The notes: a model not told the origin generated them from the sequence alone. A stretch of 64,000 bases of DNA from an uncultured Chloroflexia bacterium (GCA_963810095.1 CAWEMM010000012.1:480001-544000), one strand, 5' to 3'. Numbered from the stretch's first letter, positions 22,306-32,643 are shown. Program-made: numbers and translations.

Positions 22306-23109
22306 TTACGCATGGCCGTAGTAGTCACGATGGACGGCCACGGAATAAGCGTAGTCGAGCAAGGTGCCCCAGGAGAAGACGGCGATGTCGATCTGTTCGA
22401 GGGCGAGCTCACGCTGCAGGGCCCGCGCGAAGGGCGGAAAGCCAGTACATTCTAGCACCAGCGCGCCCATTTGCGGGTATTGCCGGACGAACGCCGAAGC
22501 AACCGCCACAAACTCGCGTTCGGCCTTCTGGTAATCGGCCGCGGGTGGGTCGGTGCGAAGTCCCCCCGTCCACAGGTGATCGAACTCCTCGCACTCGAAG
22601 CGTGCCATCGCGTCGCCGATCACGTAATTCGAACCTAACTGAACCCCAACCGCGGCCAGATGGCGCTCGGTCAGGTAGGTCGCGTTCGCCATTAGGATGC
22701 CGACGACGCGCTCGGGGCCGATGAGTTGCTGGGCGAAGGGCACCTGAAGCAGCGAGGACATGAATACGGGCACGCGCACCGCCGCCGCCACCTCACGCTG
22801 AAAGTAGGCGAAGTAACCGCACTCACCCGCGATAGCCCGGCACCCCATCCGCTCGAGCCGCCGGGCGGACGCCAGGAGCGGCTCGAGGCAGGGCGACTTA
22901 TCCTCCTCTACCACGAGGCAGCGGATGTCCACGCCCTCGGCCACGTCATATTGGATGGGAAAGGGGTACGCGCTCGCATTCCGCACGTCGCCGGGGAAGC
23001 CGGGATAGACGTCGTCGAGAATGATGACACCCAGGCCCATGCCGTATACGCGGCGGTCGGGCCGCGCGTGGATGGCGCGCAAGTCGGGGTCGTGAGGAAG
23101 AGTTTGCAT
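22306..23109 (-). CDS. Asp/Glu/hydantoin racemase-family protein
   Basis: Two catalytic-type Cys motifs (AGECGYF, LECTGFP) and PGDVRNA. Confidence 0.8.
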   Translation of the reverse strand: MQTLPHDPDLRAIHARPDRRVYGMGLGVIILDDVYPGFPGDVRNASAYPFPIQYDVAEGVDIRCLVVEEDKSPCLEPLLASARRLERMGCRAIAGECGYFAYFQREVAAAVRVPVFMSSLLQVPFAQQLIGPERVVGILMANATYLTERHLAAVGVQLGSNYVIGDAMARFECEEFDHLWTGGLRTDPPAADYQKAEREFVAVASAFVRQYPQMGALVLECTGFPPFARALQRELALEQIDIAVFSWGTLLDYAYSVAVHRDYYGHA

Positions 23110-23142
23110 GGTAGCCTAAATGGATCGTGGCCGTTTGGAAGG

Positions 23143-23297
23143 GGAAAGGCGGAACGAACAAAATGGGCGAAAGGCGACACGCGAAGGGCACGCTAGTCCC
23201 GGTGCCCATTGTCGTGCTCGGGCAGGACCGGCGTCCGGAGTTCCGCCGTTTCGTGTTTCGTCTTTCGCGTTTTTCCAGCCTTTCGCCTTCCCCTTCC
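23143..23297. repeat. Degenerate purine/pyrimidine ~7-mer inverted repeat tract
   Basis: AAAGGCG/CGAAAGG-rich left arm; TTTCGTG TTTCGTC TTTCGCG...CTTTCGCC right arm. Confidence 0.5.
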
Positions 23298-23326
23298 AGA
23301 TGACGCAGCCGCTTCGCTTCCCGCGC

Positions 23327-24571
23327 CTACGCCTTCGCCAGCGCCTGCTCCAGGTCGGCCACGACGTCTTCGACATCCTCCAGCCCCACCGACATGCGGA
23401 TCAGGCCGTCGTCGATGCCCGCCCGGTCGCGCTCATCCTGGGTCAAGTGCTCGTGCGTGATGGTGCGGGGGTGCATGACGATCGTGCGGCTGGTGCCAAA
23501 GGTCACCGCGTGGATGATCAGCTTGAAGCTGTCCATGACCGTGCGGACCGCGGGAATGCCGCCCTTCACGACGAACGAAAGCATGCCGCCGCCCGCCTTC
23601 ATCTGGCGCTGTGCCAGCGCGTACTGCGGGTGCGCCGGCAGGCCCGTGTAATTCACGCGGCTGATCTTCGGATGAGACTGCAGGTACTCGGCCAGCGCGT
23701 GGGCGTTGCTGCTGTGCTTCGCCATGCGCAGGGGCAGCGTTTCGAGGTACTGGACCGTGAGCCACGAGTCGAAGGGTTGCATCGTGCAGCCGACGAACTC
23801 GGTCGTGTTCCAGCGAATATCTTCGGTTAGCGACTCGGGCCCGACGATCGCGCCGCCCAGCACCGTCGCATTGCCGGCCAGAAACTTGGTGATCGACAGC
23901 AAGACGATGTCGGCGCCGAACGCCAACGGCTTCTGCAGTGCGGCCGTCGCGGTCGTGTTATCGACCATCATCGGGACGCCGCGACTGTGGGCCACGTCTG
24001 CCACTGCCTGCAGGTCGGTGACAAAAAGCGTCGGGTTGGATGGGGTCTCGACCCAGACCAATTTCGTGCGACTGTCGATCGCCGCGTCCCAACACTTGGG
24101 ATCCTCGGGGTCCAACACCCAACGGAACTGCACGCCGCAGCGTTCGGGGAATATGGTCGCCGCTTGCTTGTAGCCCTCGCCGAACGTCATCAGGGACGTC
24201 ACGATGTTGTCGCCGGGCCGGCAGATGGTGAAGAGCAGGTTGAAGAGCGCTTGCGAGCCGGACCCGGCCGTCACGCACGCCTCGCCGCCCTCGAGCACCG
24301 CCAATCGTTCCTCCAGCACCGAGGTCGTCGGCGTCTTGGTGCGCCCGTAGACCGGGTAGGGAATCTTGTCGAATTGCTCATATGGGAACGTCATCGACGG
24401 GACGATGGGGAGGCTGAAGGTGTTGAAGCGCCCCATGCCGGTAATCGGGCGGAACCCCGCATGGAGCGCCTGGGTAGCAAAGCCCAGGTCGTCGTCAGGT
24501 CGCGGCTGTCGCTGGCAGTCCGGATCATACGCCCAGGGCCGGCGCATGAAGAACATTTCGTCGTGTTGCAT
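23327..24571 (-). CDS. Cys/Met metabolism PLP enzyme (gamma-lyase/synthase family), atypical active site
   Basis: FATQALHAG, YGR, ETPSNP, VDNT, PLP-lysine motif SITKFLAG and IRMSVGLE. Confidence 0.88.
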   Translation of the reverse strand: MQHDEMFFMRRPWAYDPDCQRQPRPDDDLGFATQALHAGFRPITGMGRFNTFSLPIVPSMTFPYEQFDKIPYPVYGRTKTPTTSVLEERLAVLEGGEACVTAGSGSQALFNLLFTICRPGDNIVTSLMTFGEGYKQAATIFPERCGVQFRWVLDPEDPKCWDAAIDSRTKLVWVETPSNPTLFVTDLQAVADVAHSRGVPMMVDNTTATAALQKPLAFGADIVLLSITKFLAGNATVLGGAIVGPESLTEDIRWNTTEFVGCTMQPFDSWLTVQYLETLPLRMAKHSSNAHALAEYLQSHPKISRVNYTGLPAHPQYALAQRQMKAGGGMLSFVVKGGIPAVRTVMDSFKLIIHAVTFGTSRTIVMHPRTITHEHLTQDERDRAGIDDGLIRMSVGLEDVEDVVADLEQALAKA

Positions 24572-24592
24572 GAAGGATTCCTCATTATGTTG

Positions 24593-24640
24593 GAAACCTG
24601 GTTTCTGCGCCAGCGACGCTGGCGGTTGAAACCAGGTTTC
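24593..24640. repeat. Paired GAAACC(T/A)GGTTTC palindromes flanking a CGCCAGCG hairpin (REP-like)
   Basis: GAAACCTGGTTTC ... CGCCAGCG-A-CGCTGGCG ... GAAACCAGGTTTC. Confidence 0.6.
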
Positions 24641-24645
24641 TCGGG

Positions 24646-26688
24646 TTACGGTTTGAGGTTACAGAGCTCTTCTTCGGATAAGTGGCACACGATCTTGTGC
24701 CCGTTGCCCATGTCGCGCGTCGGGGGTTCTTCGATATTGCACGTACCCTCGATTATGAAGGGGCAGCGCGTGTGGAACCGGCAGCCCTGCGGCGGGTTGA
24801 CTGCGCTGGGCACGTTCCCCGTCAGGCGAATGGTCTTCTGCTCGATCGTCGGATCGGGACGCGGGACGGCGGCCAGGAGCGCGGCCGTGTACGGGTGGTT
24901 CGGGGGCGAGTAGATCGCTTCACACGGCCCGATCTCGACGATGCGGCCCAGGTACATCACCGCGACGTCGTCCGAGAAGAAGCGCACCGCACTCAGGTCG
25001 TGCGAGATCAGGATCATCGCGGTGTCGTGCTGCTGCTGAATCTCCACCAGCACGTTGAGCACCGCCGCCTGCACCGACACGTCGAGCGCCGACACCGGCT
25101 CGTCGCAAACCACCATCGCCGGGTTGCTGGCGATGGCGCGCGCGATGCCGACGCGCTGCTTCTCGCCGCCCGACATCTGACGCGGAAGGCGGGCGTAGTA
25201 GTCCTCGTTCAGCTTGACCGCCCGCAGCAGGCGCACGACCTCGCCGTAGACCTCGTTCGATGGCACAGTGCGAAAGCGCTTGAGCGACACCGCGATCTGG
25301 TCGCCCACGGAGTAAGACGGGTTGAGCGTGCCGTTCGGGTCCTGGAAGACCATCTGCAGTTCGCGGATGGTGGCCAGGCTGCGCTTGTTGATTGGCTTCG
25401 TCACGTCAATACCGAGGAAATCGATCTTGCCCTCGCGCAGCGGCTCGAGGCCGACAATGCTGCGTGCCAACGTGCTCTTGCCGCAGCCCGACTCGCCCAC
25501 GATGCCAAGCGTGCGGCCGCGCTGGATCGTCACGCTGACACCGTCGACCGCCTTCACGTATCGACGCTTCTCCAGCCCGAACAGCCCCTTCAACGTCTTG
25601 TACGGCACGGGGTAGTGGGTCTTGACCTCGTGCGCGTCGAGCACGATAGGCGGCGCCTCGCGCTCGAACGTGGGCGGCTGGCCGTGTCGGGCCTCCAGGC
25701 CCATCGGGTACCACTTGTCGGCCAAGGAGCACCGGACGAGATGGCCCGGCCCGATTTCCATCAGCTTCGGGTGGCTGGCGTCGCACGCCTCGCTGCGGTG
25801 TTCGCATCGGGGCGCGAAGATGCAGCCCCCGGGGATCTGGTCGGGCTTGGGTACCCGGCCGGGGATGGGCGAGAGGATGCGCGTGCCCCGCGGTGCGTCC
25901 ACGTCGGGCAAGCAGCGCATCAGGCCGCGGGTGTAGGGGTGCGTCGGCCGGGCATAGATCTCGCGCGTCGGCGCGTACTCGACCACTTCGCCCGCATACA
26001 TCACCGCGACCTTGTCGGACACACGGGCGACGACGCCAAGATTGTGGCTGATATAGAGCGTTGCCGTGTGATACCGCTCTTTGAGCTCGGCGATCAGGTC
26101 CAGCACCGCCGCCTCGACGGTGACGTCCAGTGCGGTGGTCGGCTCGTCCATGATCAGCAGCGCGGGGTTGTTCAGCATGGCCATCGCGATCAGCACGCGC
26201 TGCTGCTGTCCGCCCGATAGCTGGAACGAGTAGCGCTTCATCACGCCCTCCACGTCGGGCATGTAGACCCGGCGCAGGGCTTCCTCGCACTCCTTGTACG
26301 CCGCCTCTTTCTTCAGGCCGCGGTGGATGATCAGCGACTCGGCCAGCTGATCGCGAATCATCATGCTCGGATTCAGCGCGGACATCGGCTCCTGGTAGAC
26401 CATGGCGATGTCGGCCCCGCGCAGCTTTCGCAGTTCTTCCTCAGTGCGCCCGCGCAGCTCCTGGCCCTTGAAAAGGATCTGGCCGTTCGACACGCTGCCG
26501 TTGGGGCCCAGGAAGTTGACGATCGAGAAGGCCACCGTGCTCTTGCCGCAGCCCGATTCGCCCACCAGGCCCAGGTTCTCCCCCTGGCAGATGTCGAACG
26601 TCACGTCGCGCACCGCGTCGACATGGCCCTTGCGGGTCTTGTAGCTGACCGCCAAGTTCTGGACGGACAGGACAGGGCCTTCGGTCAT
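24646..26688 (-). CDS. Fused DppD/DppF-type ABC ATP-binding protein
   Basis: Two Walker A motifs (GESGCGKS), LSGGQ and MSGGE signatures, DEP motifs, and two C-terminal oligo_HPY Cys-cluster domains. Confidence 0.93.
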   Translation of the reverse strand: MTEGPVLSVQNLAVSYKTRKGHVDAVRDVTFDICQGENLGLVGESGCGKSTVAFSIVNFLGPNGSVSNGQILFKGQELRGRTEEELRKLRGADIAMVYQEPMSALNPSMMIRDQLAESLIIHRGLKKEAAYKECEEALRRVYMPDVEGVMKRYSFQLSGGQQQRVLIAMAMLNNPALLIMDEPTTALDVTVEAAVLDLIAELKERYHTATLYISHNLGVVARVSDKVAVMYAGEVVEYAPTREIYARPTHPYTRGLMRCLPDVDAPRGTRILSPIPGRVPKPDQIPGGCIFAPRCEHRSEACDASHPKLMEIGPGHLVRCSLADKWYPMGLEARHGQPPTFEREAPPIVLDAHEVKTHYPVPYKTLKGLFGLEKRRYVKAVDGVSVTIQRGRTLGIVGESGCGKSTLARSIVGLEPLREGKIDFLGIDVTKPINKRSLATIRELQMVFQDPNGTLNPSYSVGDQIAVSLKRFRTVPSNEVYGEVVRLLRAVKLNEDYYARLPRQMSGGEKQRVGIARAIASNPAMVVCDEPVSALDVSVQAAVLNVLVEIQQQHDTAMILISHDLSAVRFFSDDVAVMYLGRIVEIGPCEAIYSPPNHPYTAALLAAVPRPDPTIEQKTIRLTGNVPSAVNPPQGCRFHTRCPFIIEGTCNIEEPPTRDMGNGHKIVCHLSEEELCNLKP

Positions 26689-26830
26689 ACGTGCCTCATC
26701 CGATAAGTTCGCAAACAACGAGCGAAAGGTCGAACAGGAAGAACCGACGAAACCAAGCTCCACAAAGGGATTGCCGTTAGGCTTTGCGTGCCTCCGGTTC
26801 CTTGGTTCCTCCTGTGATCGATCGCACCCG

Positions 26831-27709
26831 TCATTGATATCGCATCGTTTCTTCGCGCAGGCCGTCGGCGAAGAGGTTGAGCCCGATCACCAGCGAGACG
26901 ATCGCTGCGGTGGCAGCCAACACGGGCCACGGGTTCGTGATCATGCGCGCGTGGCCTTCCTGCACCATCCCGCCCCAGTCGGGCCGGGGCGGCGGCAGAC
27001 CAAGCCCCAGGAAGCCGAGTGTGCCGATATAGAACGCCGCATACCCCACGCGCAACAGGAAGTCGACGATCAACGGTCCCCGGCAGTTCGGCAGGATCTC
27101 CCGAAACATAATGCGAGCAGCCGAGTCCCCGCGTAGCTTGGCCGCGGCCACGTACTCCCTCGTGCGGTTGTCCAGCGTCAGCGCGCGCACAAGGCGCGCG
27201 ATGCCCGGCGCGCCGCCGATCGCGATCGCGATCACCACGTTGACGGGACTCGCGCCCAGCGCCGAAATGATGATCATGTAGAGCAGGATCGTCGGAAAGG
27301 CCATGAACGCATCGAGGATACGCATGATGAACTCGTCGAGCCACCCCCCATAATAAGCCGCGGGGAGCCCGAGCGCCATGCCGATGAGGAACGCCACCGC
27401 GACCGACAAGGGGCCGAGCAGGAGGATCGTGCGTGCGCCATACGCGATGCGCGACCACACGTCGCGGCCGAGGTGGTCTGTGCCCAGGAAGTGCTGCCCG
27501 GAAGGGCCCTGATCCAGCGCCTTGTAGTCCTGGTCCTTGGTCGGATCGAAATGAGTGAACAGGGGTGCGCCGATCGCGACTACGACCCAGAACAGGACGA
27601 TGACCAGGCCCACGACCGCAACGCGCGACGACAGGATCACGCGCATGTTGTCGGCAAAGCGCTGCCAGCGGCGCGGCGCCACGATTACGGTTTGTGCTGC
27701 TGCGGTCAT
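26831..27709 (-). CDS. DppC-type ABC permease
   Basis: HFLGTDHLGRD, EAA-like loop (EYVAAAKLRG) and LGFLGLG...PDWG. Confidence 0.92.
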   Translation of the reverse strand: MTAAAQTVIVAPRRWQRFADNMRVILSSRVAVVGLVIVLFWVVVAIGAPLFTHFDPTKDQDYKALDQGPSGQHFLGTDHLGRDVWSRIAYGARTILLLGPLSVAVAFLIGMALGLPAAYYGGWLDEFIMRILDAFMAFPTILLYMIIISALGASPVNVVIAIAIGGAPGIARLVRALTLDNRTREYVAAAKLRGDSAARIMFREILPNCRGPLIVDFLLRVGYAAFYIGTLGFLGLGLPPPRPDWGGMVQEGHARMITNPWPVLAATAAIVSLVIGLNLFADGLREETMRYQ

Positions 27710-27810
27710 GCGCGTCCTCCGAGAGCGTTCACGACAAGGCCACAACGACAGCGGGGACACGCAGCTGCACCAACTTCTCCGTGCCCTTGTGCCCTTGTGT
27801 CGAAAAAGCG

Positions 27811-29121
27811 CTACGAGTACCGAATGCGCGGGTTCAGGTACGAGTAAATGATGTCGGCAATGAGCTGCGACACCACGGCGATCACGATCAGCACCATCGC
27901 GCCGGCTTCGATGGCAAAAACGTCCTTGTAGAGCGCGGCGTTCAGGATGAAGTTGCCGAGCCCGGGAAAGCCGAAGACGGCCTCGACGACGACCAGGCCG
28001 CCGATAAGCCAGTTGACATGCAGCATGATGACCGTCACCGGCGCCATCAGCGAGTTCCGCAGGACGTGGCCGAGCACCATCTTGCGGCGCGGCATACCCT
28101 TGAGAATGGCCGTGCGGACGTAGGCGGCGCCCATCACTTCGAGCACGCTCGCCCGTGTGATGCGCAGGATATAGCCCACTTCGACCAGGCTTGCAGTCAG
28201 CACCGGCAAGATGAGCATGTTGGGCTTTGACAAGACGCTGCCCGCATCCGTGTAGACGGTGGCCCCCGGCAGAACCTTGAGCCACATCGAGAAGATCATC
28301 ACCAGGAAGATGCCGGCGGCGAAGTCAGGCGTGGCTGCGGTGACGAGCCCGCCCAGGGTCAGGACGCGGTCGATCTTGTTGCCGCCGTTGAGGCCGGCGA
28401 TCAGGCCCAGGAGCACGCCGAGAGGGATGGCGACCAGGAAAGCCAGCATAGCCAGCGTCAACGAGTTGGCGATGCGCCTGCCGATCACGTCGGCCACGGG
28501 ACGCTTATACTGGAGCGATAGTCCCATGTCCCCGCGGATCAGGCCCTTGCTGAGGGGGATGTAGTCTACGGGCGAGCCGGCCGTTTCGATCCAGCCGGAG
28601 TATTCCAGCCGGTACTCGACGCCGCCCTGCCCCTTCACCCACTTGGCGATGCGATTGCCGGTGTCCACGCCCCAGAAGTACTGCTCGCCGTTCGGTCCTT
28701 CTCTCCAAGCCCCGTTGTCGGGCGTCTCGGTCGTCGAGCCGTCGGGCTGGCGGATCATCTTCACCAGGTCCTGGCCCGCGATCTTCCACTGCACCAGGTT
28801 GCCCTGCGCGTCGACCGCCCACCACTGGCGATAGCGCGCCTGCGTCCCCTGCTCCACCACGATTTCCCGCACCGGCATCCCCATCGTGCGGCGCGCCTGC
28901 CAGTCGCTCCCGAAGAGCCAGTTGACGTAGCGCGCCACGACCGACCGGTCGAGCCCAAGCTGGTTCCGCATGGATTCCTCTTGCTCGGGCGTGGCGTACG
29001 CGCCGAGGATATTCCGCGCGACGTTGCCCGGTGCGATCTCCACGACGCCAAACACGACGATGGAGACGAGGAGCATCGTCAGGATCAGGGTGATCATGCG
29101 GCGGAGGATGTATAGGGCCAT
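27811..29121 (-). CDS. DppB-type ABC permease with a large extracytoplasmic insertion
   Basis: YILRR, LGLDRS, GDMGLS, YVRTAILKG and LNPRIR. 436 aa, longer than a typical DppB. Confidence 0.9.
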   Translation of the reverse strand: MALYILRRMITLILTMLLVSIVVFGVVEIAPGNVARNILGAYATPEQEESMRNQLGLDRSVVARYVNWLFGSDWQARRTMGMPVREIVVEQGTQARYRQWWAVDAQGNLVQWKIAGQDLVKMIRQPDGSTTETPDNGAWREGPNGEQYFWGVDTGNRIAKWVKGQGGVEYRLEYSGWIETAGSPVDYIPLSKGLIRGDMGLSLQYKRPVADVIGRRIANSLTLAMLAFLVAIPLGVLLGLIAGLNGGNKIDRVLTLGGLVTAATPDFAAGIFLVMIFSMWLKVLPGATVYTDAGSVLSKPNMLILPVLTASLVEVGYILRITRASVLEVMGAAYVRTAILKGMPRRKMVLGHVLRNSLMAPVTVIMLHVNWLIGGLVVVEAVFGFPGLGNFILNAALYKDVFAIEAGAMVLIVIAVVSQLIADIIYSYLNPRIRYS

Positions 29122-29135
29122 ACGATCACTTTCTC

Positions 29136-29174
29136 ATCTTATCAGGCCGGCGCGCTGCGCCGGCCTGATAAGAT
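29136..29174. repeat. Perfect 18-bp hairpin between mttB-2 and the dppB-type gene
   Basis: ATCTTATCAGGCCGGCGC-GCT-GCGCCGGCCTGATAAGAT. Confidence 0.8.
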
Positions 29175-30623
29175 CACTGCTTATTGATCCACTCCTGCTC
29201 GCGCTCGACGATCCGGCGGATTTCCTGCTGGACGTCGACGGGGAGCGGGTCGGCCTTGTGCTTCGCGAGGATGGTGTCCACCTGCTTCGTGGCGCGGGCC
29301 TCCATCGTGGTCGAGCCCTTCTTCTGCCAGACGGCGAAGGGGCTCTTGTCGGCCAGCTTGGAGTAGAACGGCTCGCGATAATGGCGAATGGTGTGCTCGT
29401 GCTCGAGATAGCTTCCCGTGGGGCCAAGCTCGTCGATCACGTCCAGGGCTAGTGTTTCGTCGTTTACGACGACACCCGCGGTCATTGCACGGATGAAGCC
29501 CAGGTAATCGTTGCACAGGGCGATCTGCTGGAGCGAGCCCTGCATCCCTGCATCCATGAAGCCGACGTCGTGCACGATGTTAGCGCCGTGGAGCAGCGCG
29601 GTCATCAGGCTGATCGTCGCCTCGAACCCGGCCTGCTGGTCCAGGGCCTTGGAGTCTGTGGAGCCGCCCAAGCCAAACACAGGCAGGTCGTAGTACTTGC
29701 CCATGCTGGTCGGCACGCCCTGCTCGTCGGCCAGCACGTAGTTGCCGACCATCGTTTGCAGGTTATAGGGCCCGCCGTTCCAGCCGGGCACGCCGACAGG
29801 GGTGCCCTCGCGCACGAGTTGGGCCAGCACGATGCCGAGCAGGATGCCGGCGTTCATCGACGCCATGCAGCCGGCAGTCGTGACGGGTGAGTTCACGCCG
29901 CCTGCGTTGAGGGGAATCCACAGCAGCGGAAGCCCCTTCTCTGCCAGGAACATGCACTTCTGCAGCGCCTCGGCATTCATGATCAGGCCGGACGTGACAT
30001 TGATGTAACAGGTGGCGAACGGCCGGCGCCGGAAGGCTTCTGCGCCGCCCGCGACTGCTTCGCACATCTCCACCGCCGCCACGCAGCCCTCGAAGTCAGG
30101 GGTCACGAACACGATCGGCTTGGTCGTGTTGTTCAGCATGACCTCCATCTGGTAGCGGTCGTAGATGCGCTGGTCGACGTCTTCGGGCAGCACGGCCGAC
30201 ATGACAAAGTCGATCTCGGGCAGCGCGTCCATCAAGGTCGCGGCCTCGCAGACGTCGTCGAGAACCGGCCTGCGGCGCAAGCCCGTGTGGCGGTCGAGGA
30301 TGTTGAGGCAGTCTGATCCGCCGCCGTAGTAAGTGTTGTAGCCGCCCGCCCGCATCGCAACCTGGCCCTTGCGGTTGTACAGGTTCATGCGGTGTGGGAC
30401 CACGGAAAGCGCACGGCTGACCATAAACTCGGGGATGCGCACACGAATGCCGTCCGCTCGCCGCGCCGCCCTTCACAAGCAACTGCAGGGCTTTCTCGTC
30501 ATGGACGTCGAGGCCAACCCGGTTGAGGATCTCGAGCGATGCAAGGTGAATCTCCTCGCACTCCCGCTTTCCCATGCGCGCGTAGTGCGCGCTGCCCATA
30601 TTCGTCTGATGAGTTGTGATCAT
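29174..30623 (-). CDS. Second MttB-family methyltransferase, non-pyrrolysine (frameshift near 30455)
   Basis: IHLASLEILNRVG (ORF 30096..30623), then NTTKP, STDSKALDQQAGFE, HDVGFM and LGPTGSYL (ORF 29174..30442). Confidence 0.88.
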
Positions 30624-30653
30624 GTGAGTCCCGATTCAACTGATAACAACCTA

Positions 30654-30739
30654 ACCACAAAGACACGAAGTACACGAAGGTTCACAAAGCCGGTTCCGGC
30701 TGTCCTTTGTGAACCTTCGTGCCTTTGAGGCTTCGTGGT
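30654..30739. repeat. CACAAAG/CACGAAG 9-mer palindromic intergenic repeat
   Basis: Perfect 17-bp inverted repeat CACGAAGGTTCACAAAG (30673-30689) / CTTTGTGAACCTTCGTG (30705-30721) within longer imperfect arms. Confidence 0.75.
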
Positions 30740-30742
30740 AGG

Positions 30743-32449
30743 CTACGCCTTAGGCTCTTTCCACGCCTGGTGGAGCATGCAGTACTCTTCGGGCGACTCG
30801 AGGACGCCCTTGATGTTCTTCTGGTAGATCTGCCAGACGTTCATGAAGAACGGGGTGCAGATCGAGCCGCGATCCTTCTGGATTTCCTCCAGCTTGGCGA
30901 CGAGCGCCTTGCGCTTGTCGAGGTCCAGCGTGCCCGTGGCCTCCGTCAGGATCTTGGAGAACTCGTCGTCTACCCAGCGGGTCTCGTTCCACGGCACGGG
31001 CTTCCCGTCCTTGTCCGCGGTGTACGCCTGCGGGAGCAGCATTGTGGCCAGCGGCCGGTGCGCCCACCAGGTAATTCCCGTGTTGAACTCGGTCCAGCCA
31101 TCCCAGTACTGGTTCGAGGGCATCGGCTTGAGGGTGATGTCGAACCCACCGGCGGCCGCATCTTCCTTCAGCGCCTGGGCGTAGGCCATCGACTCGGGCC
31201 AGTCGGATGCGACGTTGATCTCGACCTTCACCGGGGTGGTCACGCCGGCTTCCTTCAGCAGAGCCATCGACTTCGCGGTGTCAAACGGGAACGGCTCGAG
31301 GGGCACGTACTCGCCCTGGGCAGGCGCCACGTGGCTGTCGTTCCCGATCACGCCCTGGTTGCGCAGCGCCAGCGCCAGGATCTTCTCCCGGTTGTGGCAG
31401 TGCTTGAGCGCCTGGCGCACCTTGTTATCTTTCCACGGGTCCTGGTCCACGCGAACGCGGAGCGTGCGGGTGGCCGCGGTGGGGGTGGAGATAATGGTGA
31501 ACGCGGGATCGTCCTTCACGCCTTCCCACACGGTCACCGGCGGCTCGACGATCATCTCGACCTGGCCGGACTTCAGCGCAGTCTGCCACGCCGCGGGGTC
31601 GTCACCCAGCTGCACGAAGACGATCTCGTCGAGATAGGGCAGCGGGTTGCCGTCCTCGCCCATGCGCCAGTAACCCTCGCGCTTGGTCAGGCGGCAGCGC
31701 TCGCCCGGCACGTATTCCTTCATGTTGAACGCGCCCGTGCCCACGGGCTTGAGCGTGATGTCGCCCTCGAACGTCTTGGGCACGATCGCGGCCGGGTACT
31801 GGAAGAGGTGCTCGGGCACGTAGATGGTGGGGTCGGTGCAGTTAAGCCTGACGGTGTAATCGTCGACCTTCTCGACGCCGGTGGGCGGCAGGTAGCTCAT
31901 GAGGCCCAGCAGCGAAGAACCCACGTCCTTGTTGAGCCACTGGCCGAAGTTGAAGATGACGTCGTCCGCATTGAACTCCTGGCCATCGCTGAACTTGATG
32001 CCCTTCTTCACGTTCAGGGTCCAGGTCTTCAAATCGTCGCTGGCCGACCACTTTTCGAGCATGTAGGGGACCGTGATGCCCTTCTCGTTCGTGTAGGTCA
32101 GATAGTCGAGGACGTGGCGCCAGGGGTGCGACTGGCTGACCAGCGAGAACTGGGCGGGGTGGCTGGCGCGTTCCACCTTTGCGCGGGCGGTCACGACGCC
32201 GCCGCGCACCGGGCCGGCCTTGGGGGCGGCGGTCGGCGCAACGGTAGCCGCAGGCGCGGCCGTGGCGGCGGGCGCCTGGGTGGCGGCAGCCGGCGCCGGC
32301 GCAGGCGAGCCACAGGCAGCCAGAGCGGACGCGCCGGCAACGGAAGCCCCGAGCAAGGTCGCCACGCGGATGAAATCGCGTCGCGACATCTGGCCCTTAC
32401 GGAGCAGGTCCTGCGCTTCGGGGATCAAGGGATGAACTTTGGACGGCAT
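30743..32449 (-). CDS. ABC substrate-binding lipoprotein, family 5 (DppA-like), Tat signal
   Basis: SRRDFIR twin-arginine motif, lipobox LAAC, AP linker, KFSDG-F-ADDV and PVGTGAF. Confidence 0.93.
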   Translation of the reverse strand: MPSKVHPLIPEAQDLLRKGQMSRRDFIRVATLLGASVAGASALAACGSPAPAPAAATQAPAATAAPAATVAPTAAPKAGPVRGGVVTARAKVERASHPAQFSLVSQSHPWRHVLDYLTYTNEKGITVPYMLEKWSASDDLKTWTLNVKKGIKFSDGQEFNADDVIFNFGQWLNKDVGSSLLGLMSYLPPTGVEKVDDYTVRLNCTDPTIYVPEHLFQYPAAIVPKTFEGDITLKPVGTGAFNMKEYVPGERCRLTKREGYWRMGEDGNPLPYLDEIVFVQLGDDPAAWQTALKSGQVEMIVEPPVTVWEGVKDDPAFTIISTPTAATRTLRVRVDQDPWKDNKVRQALKHCHNREKILALALRNQGVIGNDSHVAPAQGEYVPLEPFPFDTAKSMALLKEAGVTTPVKVEINVASDWPESMAYAQALKEDAAAGGFDITLKPMPSNQYWDGWTEFNTGITWWAHRPLATMLLPQAYTADKDGKPVPWNETRWVDDEFSKILTEATGTLDLDKRKALVAKLEEIQKDRGSICTPFFMNVWQIYQKNIKGVLESPEEYCMLHQAWKEPKA

Positions 32450-32643
32450 GAGACTTCCCTCCTTGGAGTGTACGCTGAGAGCGGCTCACCGCGTGCGATG
32501 GGCCGCCGCATGAGAGAGAATCCGAAAACCGGTAGTGACCGCGATGGAGCGTCCGAATTGCGTGCCCGCACATGCGCGGAACAGGTCGAGATGGGGAAAA
32601 GACACGCTAAGCCTCGTCGCTCAAGTGTATCAGTGAGGAGCAC

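Noticed and set aside
19425-30623. Pyrrolysine (TAG) read-through in the MttB genes
   Set aside because: Neither gene has an in-frame TAG, and no pyl genes are in the window. The break in mttB-2 is a frameshift.
32450-32640. Cobalamin or SAM riboswitch ahead of the methyltransferase operon
   Set aside because: I could not find the B12-box or SAM-I core consensus. The adjacent GntR and palindromic sites explain regulation more simply.
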